The translations under genes were made by a program, and so were the position numbers. Under the pieces are notes generated by a model. The model searched no databases and was not told where the DNA came from. It saw only the letters and a program-made list of their open reading frames with translations. From the IMG/VR virus record IMGVR_UViG_3300046003_002580, positions 1 to 58,258 of that record: 58,258 bases of DNA. One strand, written 5' to 3'. Shown here in pieces: positions 27,910-36,579 of this stretch (positions are counted from its first letter, which is position 1; every line of letters begins with the position of its first letter). Origin of the DNA: a virus. Its lineage: Duplodnaviria; Caudoviricetes.

Positions 27910-30246
27910 ATGATGACCATTACAGTAATAAAAAGAAACGGTACAAAAGAGCCACTAGCCGTAGAAAAGTGGCAAGCGCAGGTAGCCAAAGTTTGTAAGG
28001 GAATAGCAGATGTCAGTCAGAGCATGATTGAAATCAAAGCCCAGCCTCACTTCTATGACGGCATTACAACTGAAGAGATTGACGGAATAACTCTGAGAGC
28101 TATTGTAGATCTAATTGATGTAGAATCAAATCCAGATATTGGTCATGTCAACTATCAATATGTAGCAGGCAAACAACGCCTAAGTATGCTACGCAAAAAT
28201 GTTTATGGTAGCTATGAAGTCCCGCATCTATACAGTATTGTTAAAAAGAATATTGCCACAGGCCTTTATACCAGCGAACTCCTTGATTGGTACACTGAAG
28301 ACGATTGGAACAAGATGGAAGACATGTTGGACCATGACAAGGATGAACAATACAGTTATGCTGCCATTGAACAATTGATTGAAAAATATCTTGTTCGCAA
28401 TCGTGCCACTAAGGAAACTTATGAAACTCCCCAGATTAGATACATGGTTGCTGCCGCCACAGTCTTCCACAAAGAAGAACCAAATGCAGCCAGAATGCGT
28501 TACATCAAGGAATACTACAACGCAGCTAGCGACGGCCTTTTCACATTGGCTACACCAGTGTTGGCAGGGCTTGGTACCCCTACTAAGCAGTTTAGTAGTT
28601 GTGTGCTTATTCGCTCGGATGATGATCTGGACAGTATTTTCGCCAGTGGAGAAATGATGGCCAAGTATGCCAGCAAACGTGCTGGCATTGGTTTAGAGAT
28701 TGGACGCTTACGCCCATTAGGTAGTCCCATCAGAGGTGGTGAGATCATGCACACAGGTATGATACCATTCTTGAAGAAATGGTTTGGAGATTTGCGCTCA
28801 TGCAGTCAAGGAGGTATTCGTAATGCAAGTGCTACAGTCTTTTATCCAATTTGGCATCACCAGTTTGATGATCTTATTGTGCTTAAAAACAATCAAGGTA
28901 CAGAAGAAACTCGAGTCCGACACATGGACTACGGTGTGGTGTTATCCGCTTTCTTCTGGAGACGATTCAAAAACAAAGAAGACATAACATTCTTTGACCC
29001 CAACGAAGTACCAGATCTATACGAAGCGTTTTATAAAAATACTGAACGCTTTGAAGAGCTGTATGTAAAATATGAAAAGCGCAAGGATCTTCGCAAGAAG
29101 ACAATCAGCGCCGAGGAAGTTTTCAAGAGTGGTATTCTGAAAGAACGCACAGACACAGGTCGAATCTATCTTGTATTCATTGATAATGTAATGAACCAAG
29201 GACCATTTGATCCCGAGTATCACACGATTTATCAAAGCAACCTGTGTTGTGAGATCCTACTACCCACCCGTTCATTTAAGAGATTAGACGACGAGGATGG
29301 ACGCATAGCGTTATGTACACTGGGATCTATCAACTGGGGAGCGTTCCGGAACCCAGAGGATATGCGTAGAGCCTGTAGGATTCTACATCGTAGCCTGAAT
29401 AACATTCTTGATTACCAAGACTTCTTGTCAATCCAGAGCAAATTGAGTAATGACGAGATACGCCCATTAGGTATCGGTATTACTAACCTAGCCTACTGGC
29501 ATGCCAAGCGTAGTTTGAAGTATGGCGAGAAAGATGCACTGCACGAAGTTAAAACATGGATGGAGCACCAAGCGTTCTATCTAACAGAAACCACAGTTGA
29601 GCTGGCCAAAGAAAGAGGTGCTTGTCAGCATAGCTCACATACCCGATACGGCCAAGGTGTGTTCCCCTGGGAAACTCGTGCCACAGGTGTTAATGAACTA
29701 GCAGATTTTACTCCAGAACTAGACTGGGAAACACTACGCACAAATATGAAACAGTATGGTGTTCGTAATGCCACCCAGATGGCAGTGGCTCCGGTTGAAA
29801 GCTCAAGTGTTGTTATAAACAGTACCAACGGCATAGAAATGCCTATGAGCTTGATCAGCACCAAGGAATCAAAAGCAGGATCATTGACACAGGTTGTTCC
29901 TGAATACAATAGACTCAAGAACAAATATCAGTTGATGTGGGAACAGAAAGACTGTGACGGCTATATCAAAACCAGTGCAGTCATTGCAGCCTATATTGAT
30001 CAAAGTATCTCAACAAATACATTTTACAATCCAGCACACTTCCCTGATCGCAGAGTGCCTACAACACTGATTGCCAAGAACTTAATGCAGGCCCATGTGT
30101 GGGGATTGAAGACATTCTACTACAGTTTAATCAACAAGGCAGGCAGTAAGGCCATGGCCGAACCAACTCCCGAAGTACACTACAACGGCTTCTATAATGA
30201 AAGAGAAGTAATCGAAGATGAGGATTGTGAGGCCTGCAAGTTATGA
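27910..30246 (+). CDS. nrdA: Ribonucleotide reductase class Ia alpha subunit
   Basis: ATP cone VIKRNG, QFSSCVL, SNLCCEI, TFYY, C-terminal CEACKL. Confidence 0.97.
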   Translation: MMTITVIKRNGTKEPLAVEKWQAQVAKVCKGIADVSQSMIEIKAQPHFYDGITTEEIDGITLRAIVDLIDVESNPDIGHVNYQYVAGKQRLSMLRKNVYGSYEVPHLYSIVKKNIATGLYTSELLDWYTEDDWNKMEDMLDHDKDEQYSYAAIEQLIEKYLVRNRATKETYETPQIRYMVAAATVFHKEEPNAARMRYIKEYYNAASDGLFTLATPVLAGLGTPTKQFSSCVLIRSDDDLDSIFASGEMMAKYASKRAGIGLEIGRLRPLGSPIRGGEIMHTGMIPFLKKWFGDLRSCSQGGIRNASATVFYPIWHHQFDDLIVLKNNQGTEETRVRHMDYGVVLSAFFWRRFKNKEDITFFDPNEVPDLYEAFYKNTERFEELYVKYEKRKDLRKKTISAEEVFKSGILKERTDTGRIYLVFIDNVMNQGPFDPEYHTIYQSNLCCEILLPTRSFKRLDDEDGRIALCTLGSINWGAFRNPEDMRRACRILHRSLNNILDYQDFLSIQSKLSNDEIRPLGIGITNLAYWHAKRSLKYGEKDALHEVKTWMEHQAFYLTETTVELAKERGACQHSSHTRYGQGVFPWETRATGVNELADFTPELDWETLRTNMKQYGVRNATQMAVAPVESSSVVINSTNGIEMPMSLISTKESKAGSLTQVVPEYNRLKNKYQLMWEQKDCDGYIKTSAVIAAYIDQSISTNTFYNPAHFPDRRVPTTLIAKNLMQAHVWGLKTFYYSLINKAGSKAMAEPTPEVHYNGFYNEREVIEDEDCEACKL

Positions 30247-30791
30247 ACTACGGCTTTATTAGGAATACTATCCTTAGAGAGGGTAAGCCTTCCTCATTAA
30301 AGATTGAAGCATTACCCTACGGGGCTAAGGATCTAGCCCCGGCAATATCAAGAGATACCATTGACTACCACTATGAAGAGTTAGCCAAGACCTATGCCAA
30401 GCGATATAATGCCGGAGAGGGTGATCCAGAGTTCAATGAGGCTGGAGTATTTTTACATAACACCTTGTTTCAGCAATACCAAAAGCCTAGCGATAGTAAC
30501 ACCCCAACAGGTAAGATACTAGAGCTAATTGAAAAACATTATACAACATTTGCAGGCTTTAAAGAAACTTTCTTAAAAGAAGCAATGAGCATACAAGGCA
30601 GTGGATGGATTTATCTAGCTCGAGATGGCAAGATTAAAACCATCGTCAATCACGAGATCAAGAAAGACATTATAGTGTTGGTAGATTGGTGGGAACATGC
30701 ATGGGCATTAGACTATCAGGCAGACAAGAAGTCATACTTAAAAAATCAATGGACAATTATGAACTGGGAACACATCAATGGCCTATTCTGA
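30243..30791 (+). CDS. Fe/Mn superoxide dismutase-like protein (atypical)
   Basis: LPY...L-x-P-x-IS-x2-T-x2-YHY, LHN, GSGW, DWWEHA. Confidence 0.85.
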   Translation: MNYGFIRNTILREGKPSSLKIEALPYGAKDLAPAISRDTIDYHYEELAKTYAKRYNAGEGDPEFNEAGVFLHNTLFQQYQKPSDSNTPTGKILELIEKHYTTFAGFKETFLKEAMSIQGSGWIYLARDGKIKTIVNHEIKKDIIVLVDWWEHAWALDYQADKKSYLKNQWTIMNWEHINGLF

Positions 30792-31164
30792 TAAAGTAAT
30801 TGATCATTACGAGAACCCACGCAATGTAGGATCGTTTCCAAAAGATGATGATAACATCGGTACTGGTATGGTTGGCGCACCTGCCTGCGGCGATGTAATG
30901 AAACTACAAATAAAGGTGGATCATGATACAGGTATTATTACAGATGCAAAATTTAAAACGTATGGCTGCGGATCGGCTATTGCGAGTTCGAGCCTCATTA
31001 CAGAATGGGTCAAAGGCATGCACCTCGACCAAGCCGGATCCATCAAAAACAGCGAAATTGCCGAAGAGCTAGCCCTTCCACCTGTAAAGATACATTGTTC
31101 AATCCTAGCAGAAGATGCTATCAAGGCAGCTGTAAATGATTACCGTAACCGACATAGCGTATAA
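30778..31164 (+). CDS. iscU: Fe-S cluster scaffold protein
   Basis: DHYENPRNVG, APACGD, GCGSAIASSS, LPPVKIHCS. Confidence 0.97.
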   Translation: MAYSDKVIDHYENPRNVGSFPKDDDNIGTGMVGAPACGDVMKLQIKVDHDTGIITDAKFKTYGCGSAIASSSLITEWVKGMHLDQAGSIKNSEIAEELALPPVKIHCSILAEDAIKAAVNDYRNRHSV

Positions 31165-31462
31165 GAAGATTAAACAGAATTTAGAGCGCCGTGGAAAAGG
31201 TGTAGGTATCCGGATAGGAGTAAGAACTACAGGATGTAGTGGATTGGCCTACACAATAGAATATGTGGATAACTATGAAGTTGAACAAGGAGTAACTAAC
31301 TTTGCTCAAGACAATTTTGTTGTATTAGTAGATGCTAAAAGTTTAGCATATCTAAATGGCATGACAATGGATTGGGTTCGAAACGGACTCAATGAAGGAT
31401 TTGAATTTAACAATCCCAACGAACGAGATCGTTGTGGTTGCGGAGAAAGTTTTAGAGTATAA
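31136..31462 (+). CDS. iscA: Fe-S cluster carrier protein
   Basis: TGCSGLAY, NPN...CGCGESF. Confidence 0.95.
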   Translation: MITVTDIAYKKIKQNLERRGKGVGIRIGVRTTGCSGLAYTIEYVDNYEVEQGVTNFAQDNFVVLVDAKSLAYLNGMTMDWVRNGLNEGFEFNNPNERDRCGCGESFRV

Positions 31463-31466
31463 GATA

Positions 31467-32117
31467 ATGTTAGAAACTATATGTGACATAATGGTAGACG
31501 CTTACAAGCGTAATTGGATTACTAGCCGTGACGGTAACGTGAGTATTCGTCACCACGACCGTGATCACTTTTATATTACTCCAAGTGGGGTGCGTAAACA
31601 AACACTACAACCTGATCAGTTTAAAAAGATCGGTATTGAGAAAGGCTACTACGATCAGCCACCTAGAATATATCATGCTAGCAAAGAGTTAGAGTACACC
31701 GAAATCAGTGCCAACCTAACACCCAGCGGAGAACTGCCATTACACTTTGGCCTGCAAAAAGAAATGGGACAACACACAGGCGAAGTTCGTGTGGTAGTAC
31801 ATGTTCATCCCACTTACTGTATTGCGGCCATGCATGCCGGTATTGATTTGAGTACTGTGAGTGCAGCCTTTCCAGAACTCAATCGCTATACCAAGGTAGC
31901 ACCCAATGTAGGAGATGTACCTCCCATTAGCCAAGAACTTGCAGATGAATGCCACAAGATGTTACAATTAGACAACACTGGCAATATTACCTACGATATA
32001 GTTGGTATTAAAGGACACGGAGTTGTAGCCATTGACACAAGCCCGTGGCGTGCCTACGAACATATAGAAAGATTAGAACACATCTGCAAGATTGTACTTG
32101 CATCAGGAAAATATTAA
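31467..32117 (+). CDS. Class II aldolase/adducin family protein
   Basis: DGNVS, ITPSG, SGELPLH, VHVHP, GHGV. Confidence 0.88.
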   Translation: MLETICDIMVDAYKRNWITSRDGNVSIRHHDRDHFYITPSGVRKQTLQPDQFKKIGIEKGYYDQPPRIYHASKELEYTEISANLTPSGELPLHFGLQKEMGQHTGEVRVVVHVHPTYCIAAMHAGIDLSTVSAAFPELNRYTKVAPNVGDVPPISQELADECHKMLQLDNTGNITYDIVGIKGHGVVAIDTSPWRAYEHIERLEHICKIVLASGKY

Positions 32118-32118
32118 A

Positions 32119-33219
32119 ATGTCAAAACAACAATATAATTTAAACACAAAGACAGACTATCTTAATCGAAAGATGTTTCTAGACCCAGCAGGTCCTGTTA
32201 CTATTCAACGCTTTGAAGAAGTCAAGTACAAAAAGATAGCAGACTTTGAAGCAACTGCTCGTGGTTTCTTTTGGCAACCAGAAGAGATCAGTCTTACCAA
32301 AGATTCAAATGATTTTAAAGATGCCAGCGATGCAGTCAAGCACATCTTCACTAGTAACTTGCTACGCCAAACAGCATTAGACAGTTTACAAGGCCGTGGC
32401 CCAAGTCAAATCTTTATGCCGGTAATCAGTTTGCCAGAACTAGAAGCTCTAGTATACAACTGGACATTCTTTGAAACTAACATTCATAGCAAGAGTTATA
32501 GTCACATCATTCGCAACATCTATAATGTGCCAAAAGATGTGTTTAACACCATTCACGACACTAAAGAGATTGTGGACATGGCATCAAGTGTAGGCAACTA
32601 CTACGAAGCATTACACATGGTCAACTGCCGTAAACAGTTAGGTGAGACAGTCACCGAACACGAACATATCCGTGCAATTTGGATGGCACTACACGCAAGT
32701 TATGCGCTAGAAGCATTCCGCTTTATGGTATCATTTGCCACAAGTCTTGCAATGGTAGAAAACCGCATCTTTATTGGCAATGGTAATATTATTAGTTTGA
32801 TTCTACAAGATGAGCTACTGCACAAAGGTTGGACCGCCTACTTGATCAATCAAGTGATCAAAGAAGATCCTCGCTTCTTGGCTGCAAAAGAAGAGTGTGA
32901 GCAAGAAGTCTATCAACTTTATATGGATGTGATCCGTGAAGAAAAAGCCTGGGCTGACTATTTGTTTAACAAAGGTCCAGTGATTGGTCTTAATGCTAAT
33001 ATTCTAAAAGATTTTGTTGACTATACCGCAGTGGGTGCTCTTAAAGATATTGGTATCAAGTATCAAGGCCTCGCTCCAAAGAGCACACCTATACCTTGGT
33101 TTAACAAACATACTGATACCAGCAAGAAACAAACAGCCCTACAAGAGAACGAATCGACTAACTATGTTATTGGAGTAATGAGTGAAGGCATTGACTACGA
33201 TGCTCTGCCTGCGCTATAA
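32119..33219 (+). CDS. nrdB: Ribonucleotide reductase class Ia beta subunit
   Basis: FFWQPEE, LDSLQGR, ETNIHSKSY, DELLH. Confidence 0.95.
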   Translation: MSKQQYNLNTKTDYLNRKMFLDPAGPVTIQRFEEVKYKKIADFEATARGFFWQPEEISLTKDSNDFKDASDAVKHIFTSNLLRQTALDSLQGRGPSQIFMPVISLPELEALVYNWTFFETNIHSKSYSHIIRNIYNVPKDVFNTIHDTKEIVDMASSVGNYYEALHMVNCRKQLGETVTEHEHIRAIWMALHASYALEAFRFMVSFATSLAMVENRIFIGNGNIISLILQDELLHKGWTAYLINQVIKEDPRFLAAKEECEQEVYQLYMDVIREEKAWADYLFNKGPVIGLNANILKDFVDYTAVGALKDIGIKYQGLAPKSTPIPWFNKHTDTSKKQTALQENESTNYVIGVMSEGIDYDALPAL

Positions 33220-33225
33220 TAAATT

Positions 33226-33393
33226 ATGTATAAAGCACAATTCAAAACTAAAAGCCCCTATGAGTCTTGGACCACAATAGGCACCTTTGGCAATGAACAA
33301 GGCGCAATTGCAGCAGCCTTGGCCCGTAAGTCTAAAGGTGCTTTGTTAGTTAGAGTCGTTGACAAAAACGGTGCTGTAATCTATTCAAGTTAA
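33226..33393 (+). CDS. Small 55-aa protein (not in the ORF track)
   Basis: MYKAQFKTKSPYESW...VRVVDKNGAVIYSS fills the gap exactly. Confidence 0.6.
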   Translation: MYKAQFKTKSPYESWTTIGTFGNEQGAIAAALARKSKGALLVRVVDKNGAVIYSS

Positions 33394-33395
33394 TT

Positions 33396-33848
33396 ATGAA
33401 AACACTAAGAGAATACATCAACCTAATTGAAGGTAAAATCGACGACAGCTGGTTTAAAGACGGTGGCTTCAACACTTTCAAACTGGCTAAACCTATTCAC
33501 TACGATACCGCAACTAATAGTGGAACTATTGATACACTAGAAGGACCAGTAAGATACGAAGCTGGACACAAAATTATCACAGGCCCCAAGGGTGAGAAGT
33601 ATCCAGTTAGTCCCGAGTCATTTGAAGACAAGTATGATATTGACGACGAGCATACTGCTACCCCAAAGAAGATCGTTAAGTATGCTAAACTAGCCGACCA
33701 CGACGGAGTTCTGCAAACCAGTTGGGGCAATCTAGAATATACCAAAGGTAATGATGTCATTGTTCGACACGGCGATGGAGACTACGGTGCCGTCAAGCTA
33801 GACATTTTTCAACAGACATATAATACAAAGGAAATAAAATGGAAGTAG
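33396..33848 (+). CDS. PGDYG-like protein with internal duplication
   Basis: TLEG...GPKGEKYPV...F-x3-Y repeated as TSWG...GDGDYGAV...F-x3-Y. Confidence 0.6.
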   Translation: MKTLREYINLIEGKIDDSWFKDGGFNTFKLAKPIHYDTATNSGTIDTLEGPVRYEAGHKIITGPKGEKYPVSPESFEDKYDIDDEHTATPKKIVKYAKLADHDGVLQTSWGNLEYTKGNDVIVRHGDGDYGAVKLDIFQQTYNTKEIKWK

Positions 33849-34087
33849 TAGTTTGGAGCAAATATCACTGCCCCTATTGTGATCAAGCTAAGGCTTTATT
33901 GGGACAGCGTCAAATACGATTTATAGAAAAGAAAATCGGAGATGGATACACTAAAGAAGAATTGTTAGAAGCAGTTCCTACAGCTCGTTCTGTACCACAA
34001 ATCATTATCAATGGTAATGTCATAGGCGGATTTATAGAATTAAGAAAATACATAGACGAAACCGGTTTCAACGGAACCGGATACTAA
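33839..34087 (+). CDS. Glutaredoxin
   Basis: CPYC, SVPQI, IGGF. Confidence 0.93.
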   Translation: MEVVVWSKYHCPYCDQAKALLGQRQIRFIEKKIGDGYTKEELLEAVPTARSVPQIIINGNVIGGFIELRKYIDETGFNGTGY

Positions 34088-34100
34088 TTAGGAAAATAAA

Positions 34101-34391
34101 ATGTTAATTGATAAAGGTGTTACCATCGGTGAAGTTGTTACTCTTAAACTTACCAGCGGCGAAGAACTTGTTGCCAAGTTAGTAGACGACGGTCCAATGC
34201 ATTATAAATTGAGTCATCCACAGGTCATAGGTATGGGACCAAAAGGGCCAGGACTAATGCCTTACTTGTTTACTGTGAGCCCGGACAAAGAAGTAAGATT
34301 AAACAAAGGCACAGTTGTAATGATTGAAGCCACAGATAAAGCATTTGCAGATCAGTTTATTCAGAGCACTACAGGCATTGCTCTAAGATAA
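34101..34391 (+). CDS. Hypothetical phage protein (Sm-like fold candidate)
   Basis: KLTSGEELVA...QSTTGI. Confidence 0.65.
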   Translation: MLIDKGVTIGEVVTLKLTSGEELVAKLVDDGPMHYKLSHPQVIGMGPKGPGLMPYLFTVSPDKEVRLNKGTVVMIEATDKAFADQFIQSTTGIALR

Positions 34392-34411
34392 ATATTATCA
34401 AAGGAAATACT

Positions 34412-34708
34412 ATGCCAGGAGTAGCTAGATTAGGTGATCCAATTTCAACAGGACACGGATGCGATGGTGCAACTACCCTCACAGGCCCGTCTGGTGATGT
34501 ATTTGCTGATGGCATTGCTATAGAACGAGCCGGCGACCCTACCGTTTCTCATAGAATATCAGGTAGAGGTTGTAGTGTTAGTCATGTTGCAGCAATAAAT
34601 GCAGGCTCTGGAACTGTTTTTGTTAACGGCAAACCTATTGCAAGAATAGGTGATTCTGCAGATGCTGGTTCAATTACTGGTGGTTCGGGCACTGTCTTCG
34701 CAGGTTAA
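34412..34708 (+). CDS. PAAR-motif baseplate spike tip protein (T4 gp5.4-like)
   Basis: VARLGD, IERAGD, VFVNGKPIARIGD. Confidence 0.9.
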   Translation: MPGVARLGDPISTGHGCDGATTLTGPSGDVFADGIAIERAGDPTVSHRISGRGCSVSHVAAINAGSGTVFVNGKPIARIGDSADAGSITGGSGTVFAG

Positions 34709-34718
34709 TAATATATAT

Positions 34719-35138
34719 ATGAAAAAGTTTTTTTGGAAAATATTAGGATTCCTTAGTTTAGGAATGGCCTACATTGGGTTAATCACGCCCGGCATACCCT
34801 ATAGTTGTTTTGTGGTCTTTGCCGCATACTGCTTTGCCAAAGGCAGTCCCAAAATGCATGCCTGGTTATACAACCACAAGATATTTGGACCATTCCTAAC
34901 CAATTGGAACGAAAAGCGAGTATTTCCAAACAAGATGAAATACTTCATGCTGACCATGATGACTAGCAGTTTGGTTATCATGTGGTTGACAGCAGTGCCC
35001 GTTCGTGGTATAATGTACACAGCAGCCTTTATGTGCCTAGTGGCAATTTGGGCTTGGCGCTTTCCAGGTTCGGTAGAGGAACACGATAAGCGTATTGCAG
35101 AAGGTCGTAAGATTGGATGGTTTAATAATCAATTCTAG
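34719..35138 (+). CDS. YbaN/DUF454 inner membrane protein
   Basis: G-x-IG-x3-PG-x-P...CFAKGSP...WL-x2-H-x2-FGP. Confidence 0.85.
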   Translation: MKKFFWKILGFLSLGMAYIGLITPGIPYSCFVVFAAYCFAKGSPKMHAWLYNHKIFGPFLTNWNEKRVFPNKMKYFMLTMMTSSLVIMWLTAVPVRGIMYTAAFMCLVAIWAWRFPGSVEEHDKRIAEGRKIGWFNNQF

Positions 35139-35193
35139 TCAACGAATCTCGAGGCTAAGGCGTTAAATATATACAGGCTCTAAGGAGAAGGTT

Positions 35194-35520
35194 ATGAAAA
35201 AGGTCTTGATTGGTTTGGCTATCGCTGCAACAGCATTTGGTGCTAGCGCACAACATACTAGCAATAGTATGATTCGTGGACACGGCTGGCAAGGCCCGCA
35301 ACATCACCATCACCATCATGCTAGATCTAATAATTGGATAATCCCGGCACTGATCGGAGGAGCAGTTGTATATGCTGCCACCCGCCCAGAACCAGTGATT
35401 GTTCAGCAACCAGTTATTGTTCAACAGCCAAGTGATATAGTTTATATCAATGGCTTTGCCTACCGTAAACAAATTATGGTAGTCAATGGGCAGTATCAAG
35501 AAGTCCTAGTAAGACTTTAA
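35194..35520 (+). CDS. Secreted/membrane His- and Pro-rich protein
   Basis: Signal peptide, His6 run, WIIPALIGGAVVY, PVIVQQ repeats. Confidence 0.65.
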   Translation: MKKVLIGLAIAATAFGASAQHTSNSMIRGHGWQGPQHHHHHHARSNNWIIPALIGGAVVYAATRPEPVIVQQPVIVQQPSDIVYINGFAYRKQIMVVNGQYQEVLVRL

Positions 35521-35568
35521 AAATTTACACACACAGAAAAACTTAACATAACAGGAAAAAGTAACATA

Positions 35569-35772
35569 ATGGTAACAGGAAAAGTAAAGTGGTTTAACGA
35601 TGCCAAAGGTTTTGGTTTCATTACTCCCGACGACGGTGGCGCAGATTTATTTGCACATTTCTCACAGATTAATTCGAGTGGCTTCAAGAGCTTGCAAGAA
35701 GGACAGACTGTAAGTTTTGAAGTAACTCAGGGTATGAAAGGCGCACAGGCCAGCAACATCCAGCCTGCCTAA
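35569..35772 (+). CDS. cspA: Cold shock protein
   Basis: [30 protein letters not shown]. Confidence 0.97.
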   Translation: MVTGKVKWFNDAKGFGFITPDDGGADLFAHFSQINSSGFKSLQEGQTVSFEVTQGMKGAQASNIQPA

Positions 35773-36131
35773 AAGAATTGTTGTAATCCCTTCAAAGTGA
35801 AGGCATTCTGGACGCGGGTTCGACTCCCGCCAGGTCCACCATAAGGAAATTGTATGATATTACCGTCAGTTTTAGGATTAGTAATATTTGTATTATTGAT
35901 AGTTTTTTTATGATGGGCCTGCCATGGTTTCGACAGGGTGAGATAATAGAGACGGCAACACGGTAGGCGATGACCGTAAATCAAGCAAAACTCGTAAATG
36001 CAAACGCAGATACATTCGACTTCAGCGCAATGAGCTTCACTGGTAACTCTGTTACTGGCGCAGGCAAATTTGCTCTAGCTGCCTAAGAAACAGCAGGTCC
36101 GAGGTAGTTATACCTTGTCATCCAAAATAGC
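35773..36131 (+). ncRNA. ssrA: Circularly permuted (two-piece) tmRNA: acceptor piece to CCA at 35841, spacer 35842-35914, coding piece from 35915, tag 36000-36086
   Basis: T-arm GCGGG-TTCGACT-CCCGC plus CAGGTCC-ACCA lies upstream of GGGCCTG...TTCGAC; acceptor stem has G3:U70; TAAAT-GCA resume site; tag ends FALAA. Confidence 0.92.
35854..35913 (+). CDS. Putative 19-aa hydrophobic peptide in the tmRNA spacer
   Basis: SD AAGGA; MILPSVLGLVIFVLLIVFL. Confidence 0.35.
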   Translation: MILPSVLGLVIFVLLIVFL

Positions 36132-36159
36132 AGAACCCGCTTCGGCGGGTTTCTTTTTG
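36132..36159 (+). terminator. Intrinsic terminator (copy 1 of a 28-nt direct repeat)
   Basis: AGAACCCGC-TTCG-GCGGGTTTCTTTTTG. Confidence 0.9.
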
Positions 36160-36312
36160 TTCGCACAATAAATATATTCAGCAACATAGTTGCTCTATGA
36201 CTGTTTGGCTAGCAAGGACCCGTAAGGGCGATGGATGCGTCTGTCAATAGCTTTTAGACGATTCAATTCGAGCAAGGCATCTCAGTGCCTTTTATTTTTA
36301 GCTTGCGATTAG

Positions 36313-36341
36313 TTGACAGGCTTAGAAGATCCTGCTATAAT
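36313..36341 (+). promoter_or_regulatory. sigma70 promoter TTGACA-17-TATAAT
   Basis: Perfect consensus. Confidence 0.85.
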
Positions 36342-36366
36342 AACATATCGACAAAGTAGAATACAT

Positions 36367-36531
36367 ATGGACGAACTTAAAATTAGAGAAGACGAAGGTA
36401 AATTCTACGTTTACTTCAACGGTCCTTTTGGATCATGTGCCTATCAAAGTGATCCGTTCGATACACTAGAGGCCGCAGAGGCATTTCGACAAGAGCAACT
36501 AGATTCAGCAGACTTGGGAGAAACAGAATGA
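36367..36531 (+). CDS. Small acidic hypothetical protein
   Basis: First ATG after the promoter; MDELKIRED... Confidence 0.55.
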   Translation: MDELKIREDEGKFYVYFNGPFGSCAYQSDPFDTLEAAEAFRQEQLDSADLGETE

Positions 36532-36579
36532 ACCTCGAAGACGTTATAAATTACAAAAATTTGGTGTACTAAATATAAA

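Noticed and set aside
27910-33219. Introns or inteins in nrdA/nrdB
   Set aside because: Both ORFs are continuous and of normal length
35810-35841. tRNA gene suggested by a T-arm plus CCA
   Set aside because: No D or anticodon arm upstream; the pairing 5' strand lies downstream, so it is the permuted tmRNA
35769-35984. 71-aa minus-strand ORF
   Set aside because: Antisense to tmRNA; GGPGGSRTRV is the usual reverse translation of a T-arm
36227-36285. Fluoride (crcB) riboswitch resemblance GGCGATGG...
   Set aside because: The 3' consensus GCURAUG is absent and no fluoride-related gene follows
36313-36366. TTG-started N-terminal extension of the 36313 ORF
   Set aside because: The TTG is the -35 box of a perfect promoter; the real start is likely ATG 36367
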